Shown in pieces: positions 19,675 through 29,700 of a DNA stretch of 64,000 nt. The notes under the pieces were generated by a model. It was given only the letters and a program-made list of their open reading frames with translations, was not told the origin of the DNA and searched no databases. The stretch comes from Nitrosopumilus sp. (GTDB taxonomy: Archaea > Thermoproteota > Nitrososphaeria > Nitrososphaerales > Nitrosopumilaceae): the NCBI GenBank assembly GCA_965205425.1, contig CBDBGZ010000009.1, positions 96,001 to 160,000 of the forward strand. The letters are read 5' to 3'. Each line of letters starts with the position of its first letter. The stretch's first letter is position 1. Both the position numbers and the translations under genes were made by a program.

Positions 19675-22128
19675 ATGGAAAAAATGCTAGTTGTCATACT
19701 AGCAATTTTAGTAGTATCAATAACATTTAGTGAATCTTTTGCAGAAAAAAATACATTTTTCGATTCAGTCAAATTCATACAGTATCTTGATGGAAATACT
19801 GCTTTAGAAGAAGTAAGAAATGGCAATCTAGACATATACTATGATACAGTTTCTGCAGATAGATTAGAAAATCATCAAGAGAGAGAAGGATTACAAGTTT
19901 ACGATGCAACAAGTAGATTTTACAGCATACTAGTAAATCCTGCAGAATCAGAAAAATTCAATCCTTTTTCAGACAAAGACAGTAGATTTGCTTTAAATTA
20001 TTTAGTAGATAGAAATTTGATAGTAAATGAGTTAATGGGAGGGTATGGCTCCCCAAGTATTTCATATTATGGTATTTCAAGCCCAGAATTTCTCACCATA
20101 ATTGAAGAATTAGAGACGTTTGATTTCAAATATAATCCAACATTAGCAAAAAAAATTATTTCTAATTCACTAATAGAGAAAGGGGCAATCAAAAAAGAAG
20201 GGAAATGGCAAATTGATGAATCGCCAATAGGAATTACAATTTTCATTAGAAGTGATGATCCTATAAGAAAATCAATAGGAGAAATATTATCAATTGAACT
20301 AGAAAAAATAGGATTTGTAGTCAAAAAGGATTTTGGTGATTTGAATAAAGCATTCGTGATAGTCTATGGTTCAAACCCATCAGATATAAAATGGAATTTG
20401 TATACGGAAGCATGGCAACGTTCAGCATTTGTAAAATATGATTCTACAGGATTAGGACATATGTATTCACCTTGGTTTTCAAACATGCCAGGGTTTAACG
20501 ATCCAACATATTGGAATTATAAAAATGAAAAATTAGATACGATCACTCAAAAGATATACACAAGTGATTTTGAAACAGAAGAACAAAGAGCAGAATTAAT
20601 TCAAGAAGCAGTTGTGGAAGGAATTAATGAATCAGTTAGAATCTTTCTGGCAAATAAAATTGATCAGTATGTTGTAAACGAAAAAATTGATGGGGTGGTA
20701 AACGACTTTGGAGCAGGAGTTCCAAGTAGATTTACACCAATAAATGCAAAAAGTGATCATGACGAATTGGTAATAGGAGTTAAACAAATCTATCAAGGAG
20801 CATGGAATCCAGTAATGGGTATGACGGACAGTTACAGTGTACAAATTTGGAATGCAGTTTCAGACCCTCCAACATTCAAACACCCATTCACAGGGGAAAC
20901 CATACCAATTAGAGCAGATTGGCAAATAGATACAGCAGGTCCAAATGACAAACTGAAGATTCCACAAGATGCAAAAATTTGGAATACATCGTTACAAAAA
21001 TGGGAAAACGTAAAAGCAGATGCAATTGCTACTAGTAAAGTAACATTTGATGTAAAACTCAGTAATTGGCATAATGGTCAAAAAATGGATATGAACGACA
21101 TCATGCACGCATTATATTTTACAATCGAATGGGGAACACAAGATGATGAAAACGATAAAACTTTTGATACAGAATTTACACCACGGGCAGCACAAAGCAT
21201 TCAAACAATTAAAGGAATAAAACCAATAAATGAAGATACAGTTGAAGTATATGTAGACTATTGGCATTTTGACGAAGGAGAAATTGCGGATTGGGCAAGC
21301 ATAGCAACTCCAATACCATGGGAAATTACAACAGCTATGGAAAAAGCAGTACTTGATGGGAAAGTATCATTTTCAAGATCAGGTGCAGTAAGTAAAAATG
21401 TTAACTGGTTATCATTAATAATTCCAAATGATGCAAGGATTATCAAAGAATATTTGTATGAATTCAAAAATGCTAATTATATTCCAAAGTCATTAGAAGA
21501 AAATGATTACAGTACAGAATACTATCAGAATAGATATGATGCATCAATAAAATGGATTGAGGCAAAGAATCATGCAGTAATTAGTAATGGCCCATTTTAC
21601 TTAGAAGAATATTCTCCAGAATCAAGAACAATCAAAATTAATGCATTTGAAGATGATTCATATCCATTTAAGAAAGGTGAATGGTCAAAATTTGAAAATA
21701 CAGATTTTCCAATAATTGAAAAAGTCGAGATAGAAAATATACTTCAAAAAGGGGAAGAGATGTATGTGAAAGTAGAAACGAGAAATTCAGATAAAATATT
21801 ATACTTTTTAACAAATAGTCAGGGTGAAAAAATCATTTCTGAAACTCTAGACATAGAAAACAATCACGCCAATATCAAAATAGCCTCAGAAGATTCAGAT
21901 AAGTTAGGTATAGGTGCAAATAGTATCAAAATATTTGCAATTTCAAATTCAGTGTTAAAACCTGATTTTTATGAATCTAGTTTCATTGTAACAGATCACA
22001 CTTTGGAATTACCCACTAGTTTACAGAAAGATATAGAATTTTCTAAAAATGAATCAAATTATTTGGTATGGATCATACCAATAATTGCAATTATAATAAT
22101 TGTAATTTATTTGAAAAAAAGGAATTAA
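19675..22128 (+). CDS. ABC peptide/nickel transporter substrate-binding protein (family 5)
   Basis: NPF..K..RFALNY..DR, WHNG, SNGPFYL; signal peptide and C-terminal TM. Confidence 0.88.
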   Translation: MEKMLVVILAILVVSITFSESFAEKNTFFDSVKFIQYLDGNTALEEVRNGNLDIYYDTVSADRLENHQEREGLQVYDATSRFYSILVNPAESEKFNPFSDKDSRFALNYLVDRNLIVNELMGGYGSPSISYYGISSPEFLTIIEELETFDFKYNPTLAKKIISNSLIEKGAIKKEGKWQIDESPIGITIFIRSDDPIRKSIGEILSIELEKIGFVVKKDFGDLNKAFVIVYGSNPSDIKWNLYTEAWQRSAFVKYDSTGLGHMYSPWFSNMPGFNDPTYWNYKNEKLDTITQKIYTSDFETEEQRAELIQEAVVEGINESVRIFLANKIDQYVVNEKIDGVVNDFGAGVPSRFTPINAKSDHDELVIGVKQIYQGAWNPVMGMTDSYSVQIWNAVSDPPTFKHPFTGETIPIRADWQIDTAGPNDKLKIPQDAKIWNTSLQKWENVKADAIATSKVTFDVKLSNWHNGQKMDMNDIMHALYFTIEWGTQDDENDKTFDTEFTPRAAQSIQTIKGIKPINEDTVEVYVDYWHFDEGEIADWASIATPIPWEITTAMEKAVLDGKVSFSRSGAVSKNVNWLSLIIPNDARIIKEYLYEFKNANYIPKSLEENDYSTEYYQNRYDASIKWIEAKNHAVISNGPFYLEEYSPESRTIKINAFEDDSYPFKKGEWSKFENTDFPIIEKVEIENILQKGEEMYVKVETRNSDKILYFLTNSQGEKIISETLDIENNHANIKIASEDSDKLGIGANSIKIFAISNSVLKPDFYESSFIVTDHTLELPTSLQKDIEFSKNESNYLVWIIPIIAIIIIVIYLKKRN

Positions 22129-22616
22129 AAAAGTCCATAATCTTTCAGAATTAATTCTATTTGAGATTCATTTTCAAGTTTAGAGTATTCATCCAACAGA
22201 TTTTGATTTAATTCATAAAAAGTATGACCCCACTTGAATTTGTTAAGTAATTCCAAAGCCTGTTCTTTGGAACCTAAAATAAATAATGATGCGGCTAATG
22301 CTTCAACTGTAGTTAATTTATTTAATTTAGAATAATTTACAGGATTTCCGGCAAGTAATGGAGGGAGTTTTCTTTTGATACCTGCAAAGTTTTTAGAAAA
22401 AGCCTGATCTGCAAGATTCCATGAGCAATCAATACCTATAATGGAATGTACTATAGATTTGTCTTTAGGTAACAGTGTTTTTTCAGAAAAAGGATCCAAC
22501 ACCAAACCTTTGGAACTAATTTTTTTGATGTTTTGTGCAAGACCAAATTTTACCATTTTAGCAGCTGTGCATTTTTTAGGATCATCCTGATAAAACATTA
22601 AAACTTGTAATTTCAT
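22125..22616 (-). CDS. tsr3: 16S rRNA aminocarboxypropyltransferase
   Basis: DDPKKCTA, IDCSW, LPPLLAGNPVNY, FKWGHTF. Confidence 0.95.
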   Translation of the reverse strand: MKLQVLMFYQDDPKKCTAAKMVKFGLAQNIKKISSKGLVLDPFSEKTLLPKDKSIVHSIIGIDCSWNLADQAFSKNFAGIKRKLPPLLAGNPVNYSKLNKLTTVEALAASLFILGSKEQALELLNKFKWGHTFYELNQNLLDEYSKLENESQIELILKDYGLF

Positions 22617-22650
22617 TTTAATCAAGAATTAGATTGAGAGTATTTTGAAT

Positions 22651-25600
22651 TTACTCTGAAGTCTTGTATGTGACTTTATAATAGAATCTTGAAACTTGTT
22701 CATCTTTGAGTACTTCAACATTCCAATTTGTATCGGGTAAAAATGCAGTAGTTGATTCAGGTAAAATACTAAATTTTTCTAGGCGTACATCAGGACCACT
22801 ATACCTAACATTAAGGCCAACTCCATCAACTTCTACAACAGCATAGATTTGACCTTGTGTTCTAGTAGATTCTTTAACCAAACATTCGGCATCAGGTCCA
22901 ATTATACAAGTTCCAGCAATAGTGGTGACTCTGAGATCTACGTTGGATTCATCACCCCTAGTAGGAGTAATTAAAGATCCAGATAGAACTCGAGGAGCAA
23001 TAGTAGTACTATCAGTAGTTTTTTCTTCAGTTAAAATTGAAATAGTTGTATCAGGAATTCTATTTTGTTTTTCAATAACGATGTTTAATTTTGGTGCAGA
23101 TGGTTTTTCTATAACATCAAAAATTACAGAACCAGTGTCAAAATCGGCATCAACATTAACTTCGTATGAACCAATTGAAGAAACATTATCAGGAATAACA
23201 TATTCATGAGTAAATGAACCAGATGGGCTTGGACGAATGGTTGCAACAGGACCAGTATTGGTTCCACAAATAAATGACCCACATGTAATTTCAGAATTGG
23301 ATTTTTCAATTACGCTAACTTCAAATTTTTCCAAATAAATTAATTTATTTGGCTTTCCAAATATCACTACAGTATCACCAGGATAATATTCATTTTTATC
23401 AATACTTAGCACCAAAGCTAAATCTTCATCAGAACCAAATACAAAATCATTTGCCACACTAAAGATTGATTCAGTTTGAGTTCCTACATAATTGGCTCGT
23501 ACAATATATTCACCTTCTGAAAAGATTGTTGCAGGTAATTCAAATAGACTTGAAAATTTGCCACCTTGATTTGGATAAACGTATGCTTCATGAATCAAAT
23601 GGAAAGGAAATGTACCATCAATGATTCTTAGCTGTACACGTTCTGTGACAACCAATCCTTCATCACCTTGTTCACGTAGAATAACATTGCCAGATACCTT
23701 TAATTCATCACCTGCCTTGTATAGAGATTTTTCAGGTTCTACAAACAATGGATTAGTAGATAATGAATCATTAGCAGGATCTTCTGAGACTTTGAAGAAA
23801 ATATCTATACTTTCAGAAGCAATTGCTGCTCTGATTTTGTAAATACCATAATTAGAGGTTCTAACATCTCGTCCATCTTCTTCTTTCAATAATTGTGTTT
23901 TTTCATATACAGGGGTATCCCAAGTCCATGAAAATCTTTGATTCTCAACAGTTGCGCCATAGTCAGTTCTAGTTCCATCAGGTCTAGTTACCGAAATCTC
24001 TATAGAATTATCACCTGTTCGTGGCAATATTCCCGTAAGGTGAACAATTTCACCCAAGCCATAAACATCCTTGTCAATTGACAATATTGCCCCATCTTCT
24101 AAATCAAGTGAATCAACAACGGAAAAAGTTGCAGTTACAACATCTGAGGAATATGTTGCCTTGATAATGTAATTTCCAACAGTGAAGATATTTTTAGTAA
24201 CATCAACTTGTGTAGAATATCTTCCAGAGATTTCAGGAATTGCTGTAAAATCATAACCAATTACACCACCACCATCTAATCTTTTTGAATCCTGTAGATC
24301 AATAATTTCTAAAGGAGTTCCATCTTCATGAGAAATAGAAATTTTCACAGATGAGCCAGTAATATAACTAGAATTACCAAATGGATCTTTAACAAAACCA
24401 CTAACAGTAATAGTATCAGAGAATTCATAGACACCAGCATCAGTCTCCACAGTTAATGGATCATTTGAAGGAATAAAATTTTCAGGATCATCTACAACAT
24501 TAGCAATAATTGTTGCAGAACCAATTTCTTTAGATACAGTAATTTTGTAATCACCCAATCTAACAACATTGTCAGGGATTGTAAAAGAATAAGTGAAAGA
24601 ACCATCACCCATTATTTTCAAACTATCTAAAATTTTAAATCCAGCATCACTAGTAGAGGATGAAGTTTGTTTTGTTTGGACAATTTCTAAATCCAAATTG
24701 CCAATCCAAACATCATTTAATCTACCACTTAGAGTAACTTCATCACCTAAACCATATGCAACTTCATCAGTCCAAAGTGATATTGGAACATCTTCTTTGA
24801 TATCTTCAACAACTTCAAAGCTAGTTGTAGTAGATTTATCAGAATATTCTGCATGAATATTGTATGTACCGTAAATAGGATCTATAGTTGTGAGATATAT
24901 TGTAGTTGAGAATTCTCCATCAGTTGGGAAAAGATTTCCAGTTGAGATGACTTGGCCACCAGCATCAGTTACAGTAAATGCCATTCCTTGAAATGGAATA
25001 ATATCAGAAGCAAATCCAGAAATTGAAACATGATCCCCAGGAAGGTATTGAGATTTGTCAGTAAGTATTCCCACATCAGATTCTTCTTGGATATCTTGTT
25101 CTATAATTTCAGTACCAACAGAAAAACTAGTGCTATCAGTTGAACCAGCATAATTTGCAACAACATCATATGTTCCTGCATTAATTCCTAAAACTTGATG
25201 TAAACTTAATGTTGTTTCATATTCAAGATTCAGATCAGGATACATTGTAATTATTTTATTAAAGTTAGGTCCAGTGATAGAAATTATAATTTGTTCAGGT
25301 TGGAAAAATGGTTGTATGATATAGACTTCTTCAGAAACAGTACCAGAAATAACTGCCACATCACCAAAGATGTAAGAAGGATCTTCTGAAGAAACAGATA
25401 CTACAACACCTTCTGTTTCTTGAGCTTGGATTAATTTTCCATTAGAAGAGCCAGCAGTTGAAGTTGCAAACTTCCAATCATCAGAATTATCAAAGTCATA
25501 TCCATCATAGATTCTCTGCCACGAAGTAAAATCATTTTGTATATCAGTAATAGCAGGAGTCTTGTCAATAATTATATTATTTTCATCTCGAAGTTCAACA

Positions 25601-25917
25601 GATTCATTTGCATCGGTAAACCAAACATTTTGAAAAGAATATGTCAAAAATTGTTCGGGTTCAATAACAGTTCCAGAAGGAATGGTCATTGTTTTCTTCA
25701 GAACTGTTGTGGATGCAATCTCCCATCCTCCAATATTGATTTCAGAATCAGTAGGATTGTAAAGTTCAACCCATTCTGAAATAGTTTGAAAATCATCTCC
25801 AGGAGGGTTAATGTCGACTTCGTTAATTACAACACTTTCAGTAGTCTGAGCATATGCAGGTACAAGAATTCCTGCAAAAAGGAGTATAGAAAATACTAGC
25901 GGTATATTACGATTCAT
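22651..25917 (-). CDS. Lamin-tail-domain surface protein with tandem Ig-like modules
   Basis: VVINEV..EWVELYNPT..I.IGGW; repeated Y..G(D/E).V.(I/L)SG...G.Y.I units. Confidence 0.88.
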   Translation of the reverse strand: MNRNIPLVFSILLFAGILVPAYAQTTESVVINEVDINPPGDDFQTISEWVELYNPTDSEINIGGWEIASTTVLKKTMTIPSGTVIEPEQFLTYSFQNVWFTDANESVELRDENNIIIDKTPAITDIQNDFTSWQRIYDGYDFDNSDDWKFATSTAGSSNGKLIQAQETEGVVVSVSSEDPSYIFGDVAVISGTVSEEVYIIQPFFQPEQIIISITGPNFNKIITMYPDLNLEYETTLSLHQVLGINAGTYDVVANYAGSTDSTSFSVGTEIIEQDIQEESDVGILTDKSQYLPGDHVSISGFASDIIPFQGMAFTVTDAGGQVISTGNLFPTDGEFSTTIYLTTIDPIYGTYNIHAEYSDKSTTTSFEVVEDIKEDVPISLWTDEVAYGLGDEVTLSGRLNDVWIGNLDLEIVQTKQTSSSTSDAGFKILDSLKIMGDGSFTYSFTIPDNVVRLGDYKITVSKEIGSATIIANVVDDPENFIPSNDPLTVETDAGVYEFSDTITVSGFVKDPFGNSSYITGSSVKISISHEDGTPLEIIDLQDSKRLDGGGVIGYDFTAIPEISGRYSTQVDVTKNIFTVGNYIIKATYSSDVVTATFSVVDSLDLEDGAILSIDKDVYGLGEIVHLTGILPRTGDNSIEISVTRPDGTRTDYGATVENQRFSWTWDTPVYEKTQLLKEEDGRDVRTSNYGIYKIRAAIASESIDIFFKVSEDPANDSLSTNPLFVEPEKSLYKAGDELKVSGNVILREQGDEGLVVTERVQLRIIDGTFPFHLIHEAYVYPNQGGKFSSLFELPATIFSEGEYIVRANYVGTQTESIFSVANDFVFGSDEDLALVLSIDKNEYYPGDTVVIFGKPNKLIYLEKFEVSVIEKSNSEITCGSFICGTNTGPVATIRPSPSGSFTHEYVIPDNVSSIGSYEVNVDADFDTGSVIFDVIEKPSAPKLNIVIEKQNRIPDTTISILTEEKTTDSTTIAPRVLSGSLITPTRGDESNVDLRVTTIAGTCIIGPDAECLVKESTRTQGQIYAVVEVDGVGLNVRYSGPDVRLEKFSILPESTTAFLPDTNWNVEVLKDEQVSRFYYKVTYKTSE

Positions 25918-26145
25918 TGTTATTTCCTAATTTGGTTGCCTAGAAGACTCATTTTAGAATGGGATTGAGGAAAAGTTGAGCTAGTTGTTAAAGTTGACCT
26001 GAGAAATCTGACTTTGGGCATGTTTTGCATACCTAGAATTAATCATTTTTTGCATATAGAGGATCCGTAGGAATCATTCTTAGAATAAACGAGGCATGCA
26101 AAAAATATCAATTTCAGGTTGTAAAAATGACTCATGATTTCCATA

Positions 26146-27171
26146 TTAAAATCTCTTTTTGTATTTCATTACAATCAATATTGAAACAACAGTTACAATA
26201 CTGACAAGCAATAATAATGAAAAAATGAAATCAATGGAATTTATCCTAAAATTACAGTCATCTATGGCATAATTCCAAATATACAAAACTTCACAATCTA
26301 ATCCATACACTGGTTGTGGATTAGATACTATACACACTCCATCTACAAGTTCATCCCCAACACGACAAATTTGTTCTTCAGGTTTTGGTTCAGGGTAATT
26401 TTTGGGATTAATTATCTGACCATATGTTGAAGAACCTTGAGTTTTATCTAGAAAGTCACAATCAAGATTATCAATATAGTGAGTCATATTCCACCATCTT
26501 AATTCAGGTTCTATACATGATTGATCTGATTCTTGACAATTACAATTATCTAAAACGTCTTGTAACATGTTATCAGATTCTTCATACACTTTGTTACATT
26601 TTCCAAAGTCATGTTTAGGATTAGGATTACAAATAGGATTATCACGATTCATTTCCTCCAATGTGATACAAACATCATCAGATAATCCATAACCTTCGTC
26701 ACAAGGATCTACATATTCTGGATTCTCTGAATAATAGTTACCATCTTCAGGTCCTGGCTCCCACATGTAATCTGCAGGAGGGGTTGTAGTTTTTGTAGTG
26801 CATTGACGGGTATCGCCATTCATAACGTATACTTTGTAGGTTTTTCCAATTGTGTATTCTACACTAATTGATGAACTCGCAATTGTATCATTTCCAAGAA
26901 ACATCAATCCATAATTTTCTAAAATATATTTTGGAGTATTAATTTCTCCTTTAATCACATCATGAATAAAAAAAGTAACTTTTTGTGGGCCATCATAATT
27001 ATCTAGACGTGTTACAGTGCCTACAAAAACTAATTCAGATTCATCTAATGTAGTATTCCAATTAATTTCATTTTCTGCAACACAAAGTGCATAAGCTTGA
27101 TCAAATCCTAGTAAAGGTAATGCAAATGTTGCTAAAGCAATTACAGTTATCATAAAAAATCTAGTTTTCAT
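26146..27171 (-). CDS. Exported Cys-rich protein, possible TIMP/NTR-like N-domain, C-terminal anchor
   Basis: Signal peptide, VFVGTV...DVIKG...IGKTYKVY..C, short C-x10-C units, TM plus basic tail. Confidence 0.7.
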   Translation of the reverse strand: MKTRFFMITVIALATFALPLLGFDQAYALCVAENEINWNTTLDESELVFVGTVTRLDNYDGPQKVTFFIHDVIKGEINTPKYILENYGLMFLGNDTIASSSISVEYTIGKTYKVYVMNGDTRQCTTKTTTPPADYMWEPGPEDGNYYSENPEYVDPCDEGYGLSDDVCITLEEMNRDNPICNPNPKHDFGKCNKVYEESDNMLQDVLDNCNCQESDQSCIEPELRWWNMTHYIDNLDCDFLDKTQGSSTYGQIINPKNYPEPKPEEQICRVGDELVDGVCIVSNPQPVYGLDCEVLYIWNYAIDDCNFRINSIDFIFSLLLLVSIVTVVSILIVMKYKKRF

Positions 27172-27595
27172 TTTCTTTTTTCCTCTTTTTTATTTTCATA
27201 ACTACATATGCAAAAATGATGAATGATGATAACGCCAGACCAGACCACCCAAATAGATTTGTAAAATTGCCTAGAGTTTCACCTGTTTGTAAAGATTGGC
27301 GGGTAAATGTAGGATCATCTACTCTAAAAAAATTAGCATTTTCAATGCATAAACCATCTTTAAGCACAGACCCAGTCTCACAAATATCTAATTTCTCCAC
27401 TACACAAAATCCATTTTTTGCAAATGATGGTTCTGGACACGGAGGAGAGTCTCTTGTGGAACACTGTACATGGTCAGTTACAAAAATGCCAGTATAACAA
27501 GAAGGAATTGAGAAATAATCCTCAGAAAAAGAATCTTGGATTTGGGAAGATCCAAAAGTTACAAGTGCTAGAAAAAGTAATAATTTAATTTTCAT
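27161..27595 (-). CDS. Small exported Cys-rich protein with C-terminal TM
   Basis: Signal peptide, CPEPSFAKNGFC / CETGSVLKDGLC units, TM plus KKRKK. Confidence 0.7.
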   Translation of the reverse strand: MKIKLLLFLALVTFGSSQIQDSFSEDYFSIPSCYTGIFVTDHVQCSTRDSPPCPEPSFAKNGFCVVEKLDICETGSVLKDGLCIENANFFRVDDPTFTRQSLQTGETLGNFTNLFGWSGLALSSFIIFAYVVMKIKKRKKENEN

Positions 27596-27788
27596 AGATA
27601 ACCTGTACCTCGGCATCTAAGACATGGGGGGGATCATTACTTACAGACATTTCGAATCCCATTCCACTGCATTTATCACATTGTGTTTTCTTTAATTTTT
27701 TACGATAACTTCTAACTAGCATTACAGTAACAAGAACACTAAACAGTCCCCAAACAATAGTAAAAATAATTGTTGAAGAATCCATCAT
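27585..27788 (-). CDS. Small membrane protein with a CxxC motif
   Basis: N-terminal TM, basic stretch, CDKC; overlaps the next start. Confidence 0.5.
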   Translation of the reverse strand: MMDSSTIIFTIVWGLFSVLVTVMLVRSYRKKLKKTQCDKCSGMGFEMSVSNDPPHVLDAEVQVIYEN

Positions 27789-27944
27789 TTTTATCCAGAT
27801 AAGAGAGTCATAAAGTATTCTAAGCTAGAGTTCAATTCCAGAAAAGATTGAATCATTTTTGAGAGAAATGGTTGCAGGTATACAAATTATATGTCAATGT
27901 GTCACATATAGGAAAAATTATCCATAGTAAGGCATACACATGAA

Positions 27945-28190
27945 TTATTCTTCAGAATAGTCACAATTAGGGCATTTTTTATCTACAACTACAGAGCCAC
28001 ATTCCATACATATTCCATCTCCAACATCACGCTCCATAGATTGTCTTCTTTTTTCTACATACACTTTGATTCCAAAATACATGATAATTACAATCACTGC
28101 AGCAAGAGCAAGACCAGTAAAAGGAGTTAATCCAATCATGAAAAGAACCAATCCTACTATCAAAATGATATCTCGTCTTTCAAATTTCAA
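27945..28190 (-). CDS. Two-TM membrane protein with C-terminal zinc ribbon
   Basis: Two TMs, then CMEC...CPNC. Confidence 0.75.
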   Translation of the reverse strand: MKFERRDIILIVGLVLFMIGLTPFTGLALAAVIVIIMYFGIKVYVEKRRQSMERDVGDGICMECGSVVVDKKCPNCDYSEE

Positions 28191-28223
28191 TAAAACCCAA
28201 GAGACAAAATATTCATAAAAACA

Positions 28224-28294
28224 TGCCGGAGCTCAGACTCAATTAGTTACTTCATATCAAAGTCATTACTCTAACTCTTCTTCATTGCTCGGCA
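28224..28294 (-). ncRNA. Candidate box C/D guide sRNA
   Basis: Terminal stem UGCCGAGC/GCUCCGGCA; C AUGAAGA, 12 nt, D' AUGA, 7 nt, C' AUGAAGU, 12 nt, D CUGA. Confidence 0.6.
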
Positions 28295-28330
28295 ATTAGA
28301 CTAGAAGATAATTTGATAATAAGATGGTGA

Positions 28331-28407
28331 TGGTGGGATCGGCGAAATTTGAATTCGCGACCTCTGCGTCCCAAACGCAGAATCATACCAAGCTAGACCA
28401 CGATCCC
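28331..28407 (-). tRNA. tRNA-Pro (anticodon TGG), CCA encoded, no intron
   Basis: GGGATCG/CGATCCC acceptor stem; CTGCG-TTTGGGA-CGCAG anticodon arm; GCGAA-TTCAAAT-TTCGC T arm. Confidence 0.97.
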
Positions 28408-28479
28408 AGTAAAACCAGAGAATTACCCAATTTAAGCTTCACAGATAATCATTTTAAAGGTAAAATTAGGATCGAAATT

Positions 28480-29376
28480 GTGTTAGCTGAACAATATCTC
28501 AAAGCAGGTAAAATTGCAGCAGAGGTTAGAGAAATGGTGAGAGTAAAAGATTGGATTGGCAAATCAGTTTTTGAGATTTGTGAAGAAGTAGAAGGAGAGA
28601 TTAAAAAAAGAGGTGCCAAATGTGCATTTCCAGTGAATGCAAGTATTAACGAAATTGCAGCTCATTATACTGCTGAACCAAATGATCCAATTACAATCAA
28701 AGATACGGATTTAGTAAAAATTGATCTAGGAGCACAAATAGATGGATACATTGCAGATACTGCAGTAACTGTTTGTTATGATGCTCAGTATGACGTATTG
28801 GTTCAAGCTGCAGAAGAATCATTAGGAAATGCAATGTCAATGATAAAAGCAGGAGTCAAAGCAAGTGATATTGGACGAACTATTGAAACAACTATTAAAA
28901 AAATGGGATTCAAACCAATTGCAAATCTCAGCGGACATTCATTAGAACAATACACAATACATGCAGGAAGATCTATTCCAAATATTTGGTCAATTGGAGG
29001 ATTTTCACTTTCAGAAAATTCAGCATACGCATGTGAACCATTTGTAACAACAGAACAAGGAGGGGGTTTTGTGAGAAATGGAAAAATAAAAAATATTTTT
29101 GCACTAAACTCACGAAAGAAAACAAAAAATGATGAAGCAGATAGATTACTAAATTTTATTTGGGAAAATTGTAACATGTTGCCATTTGCATTAAGATGGA
29201 TTACAAAAGAATGGGAAGAAAAGAAAGCAAGGGAATTATTAGATTTCTTGATAAAGAAAAAAGCAGTACAAGCATATCCAGTTCTAATTGAAGTGAATGA
29301 ACAAAGAGTTGCTCAGGCAGAACACACCTTCATCCCAAACGAGAATGGAGTAACAGTAACAACTAGAGCCGAATGA
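28480..29376 (+). CDS. map: Type II methionine aminopeptidase
   Basis: AFPVN, AAHYT, DLG..IDGYIADTA, NLSGH..IHAG, AQAEHT; start moved to GTG 28480 to avoid the tRNA. Confidence 0.95.
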   Translation: MLAEQYLKAGKIAAEVREMVRVKDWIGKSVFEICEEVEGEIKKRGAKCAFPVNASINEIAAHYTAEPNDPITIKDTDLVKIDLGAQIDGYIADTAVTVCYDAQYDVLVQAAEESLGNAMSMIKAGVKASDIGRTIETTIKKMGFKPIANLSGHSLEQYTIHAGRSIPNIWSIGGFSLSENSAYACEPFVTTEQGGGFVRNGKIKNIFALNSRKKTKNDEADRLLNFIWENCNMLPFALRWITKEWEEKKARELLDFLIKKKAVQAYPVLIEVNEQRVAQAEHTFIPNENGVTVTTRAE

Positions 29377-29395
29377 GATTCAAAAGTGAGAAGTT

Positions 29396-29509
29396 TTGAG
29401 TGAAGAAGTAAGACCTTGTCCCAAATGTGTCGGATTCATGTTCAAAGAGCAAGGAGAAGGTGCATCATGGTTTTGCCCCTCTTGTAATGTCAAGTATAGA
29501 ACAAAATAA
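29396..29509 (+). CDS. 37-aa zinc-ribbon microprotein (not in ORF track)
   Basis: TTG start: MSEEVRPCPKCVGFMFKEQGEGASWFCPSCNVKYRTK*. Confidence 0.65.
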   Translation: MSEEVRPCPKCVGFMFKEQGEGASWFCPSCNVKYRTK

Positions 29510-29517
29510 TCTAAATT

Positions 29518-29700
29518 TTATTGTTCAGTTGTTTCGCCAAAGATTTTTTCAATTCGAATTAACCCATCACATGAATTACATTTTGAAAGTTCTGTAAATA
29601 ACACATCACCATCATTAAATTTTCTTTTTGTCATAGTACCACATTTAGTACATCGTTCCACAGTGTAAGCAGTAGTAATTTTGGTCTTGGAGAATATCAT
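29518..29700 (-). CDS. Small zinc-ribbon protein
   Basis: CTKC...CNSC; ATGA overlap with the upstream gene. Confidence 0.75.
   Translation of the reverse strand: MIFSKTKITTAYTVERCTKCGTMTKRKFNDGDVLFTELSKCNSCDGLIRIEKIFGETTEQ

Noticed and set aside
25935..26020. Second C/D sRNA (CTGA boxes, weak terminal stem)
   Set aside because: No convincing C box, and the spacing is non-canonical
25918..28330. Integrated element at the tRNA-Pro 3' end
   Set aside because: No integrase and no duplicated tRNA 3' end found
28324..28479. N-terminal extension of map
   Set aside because: Overlaps tRNA-Pro; homology begins at about GTG 28480
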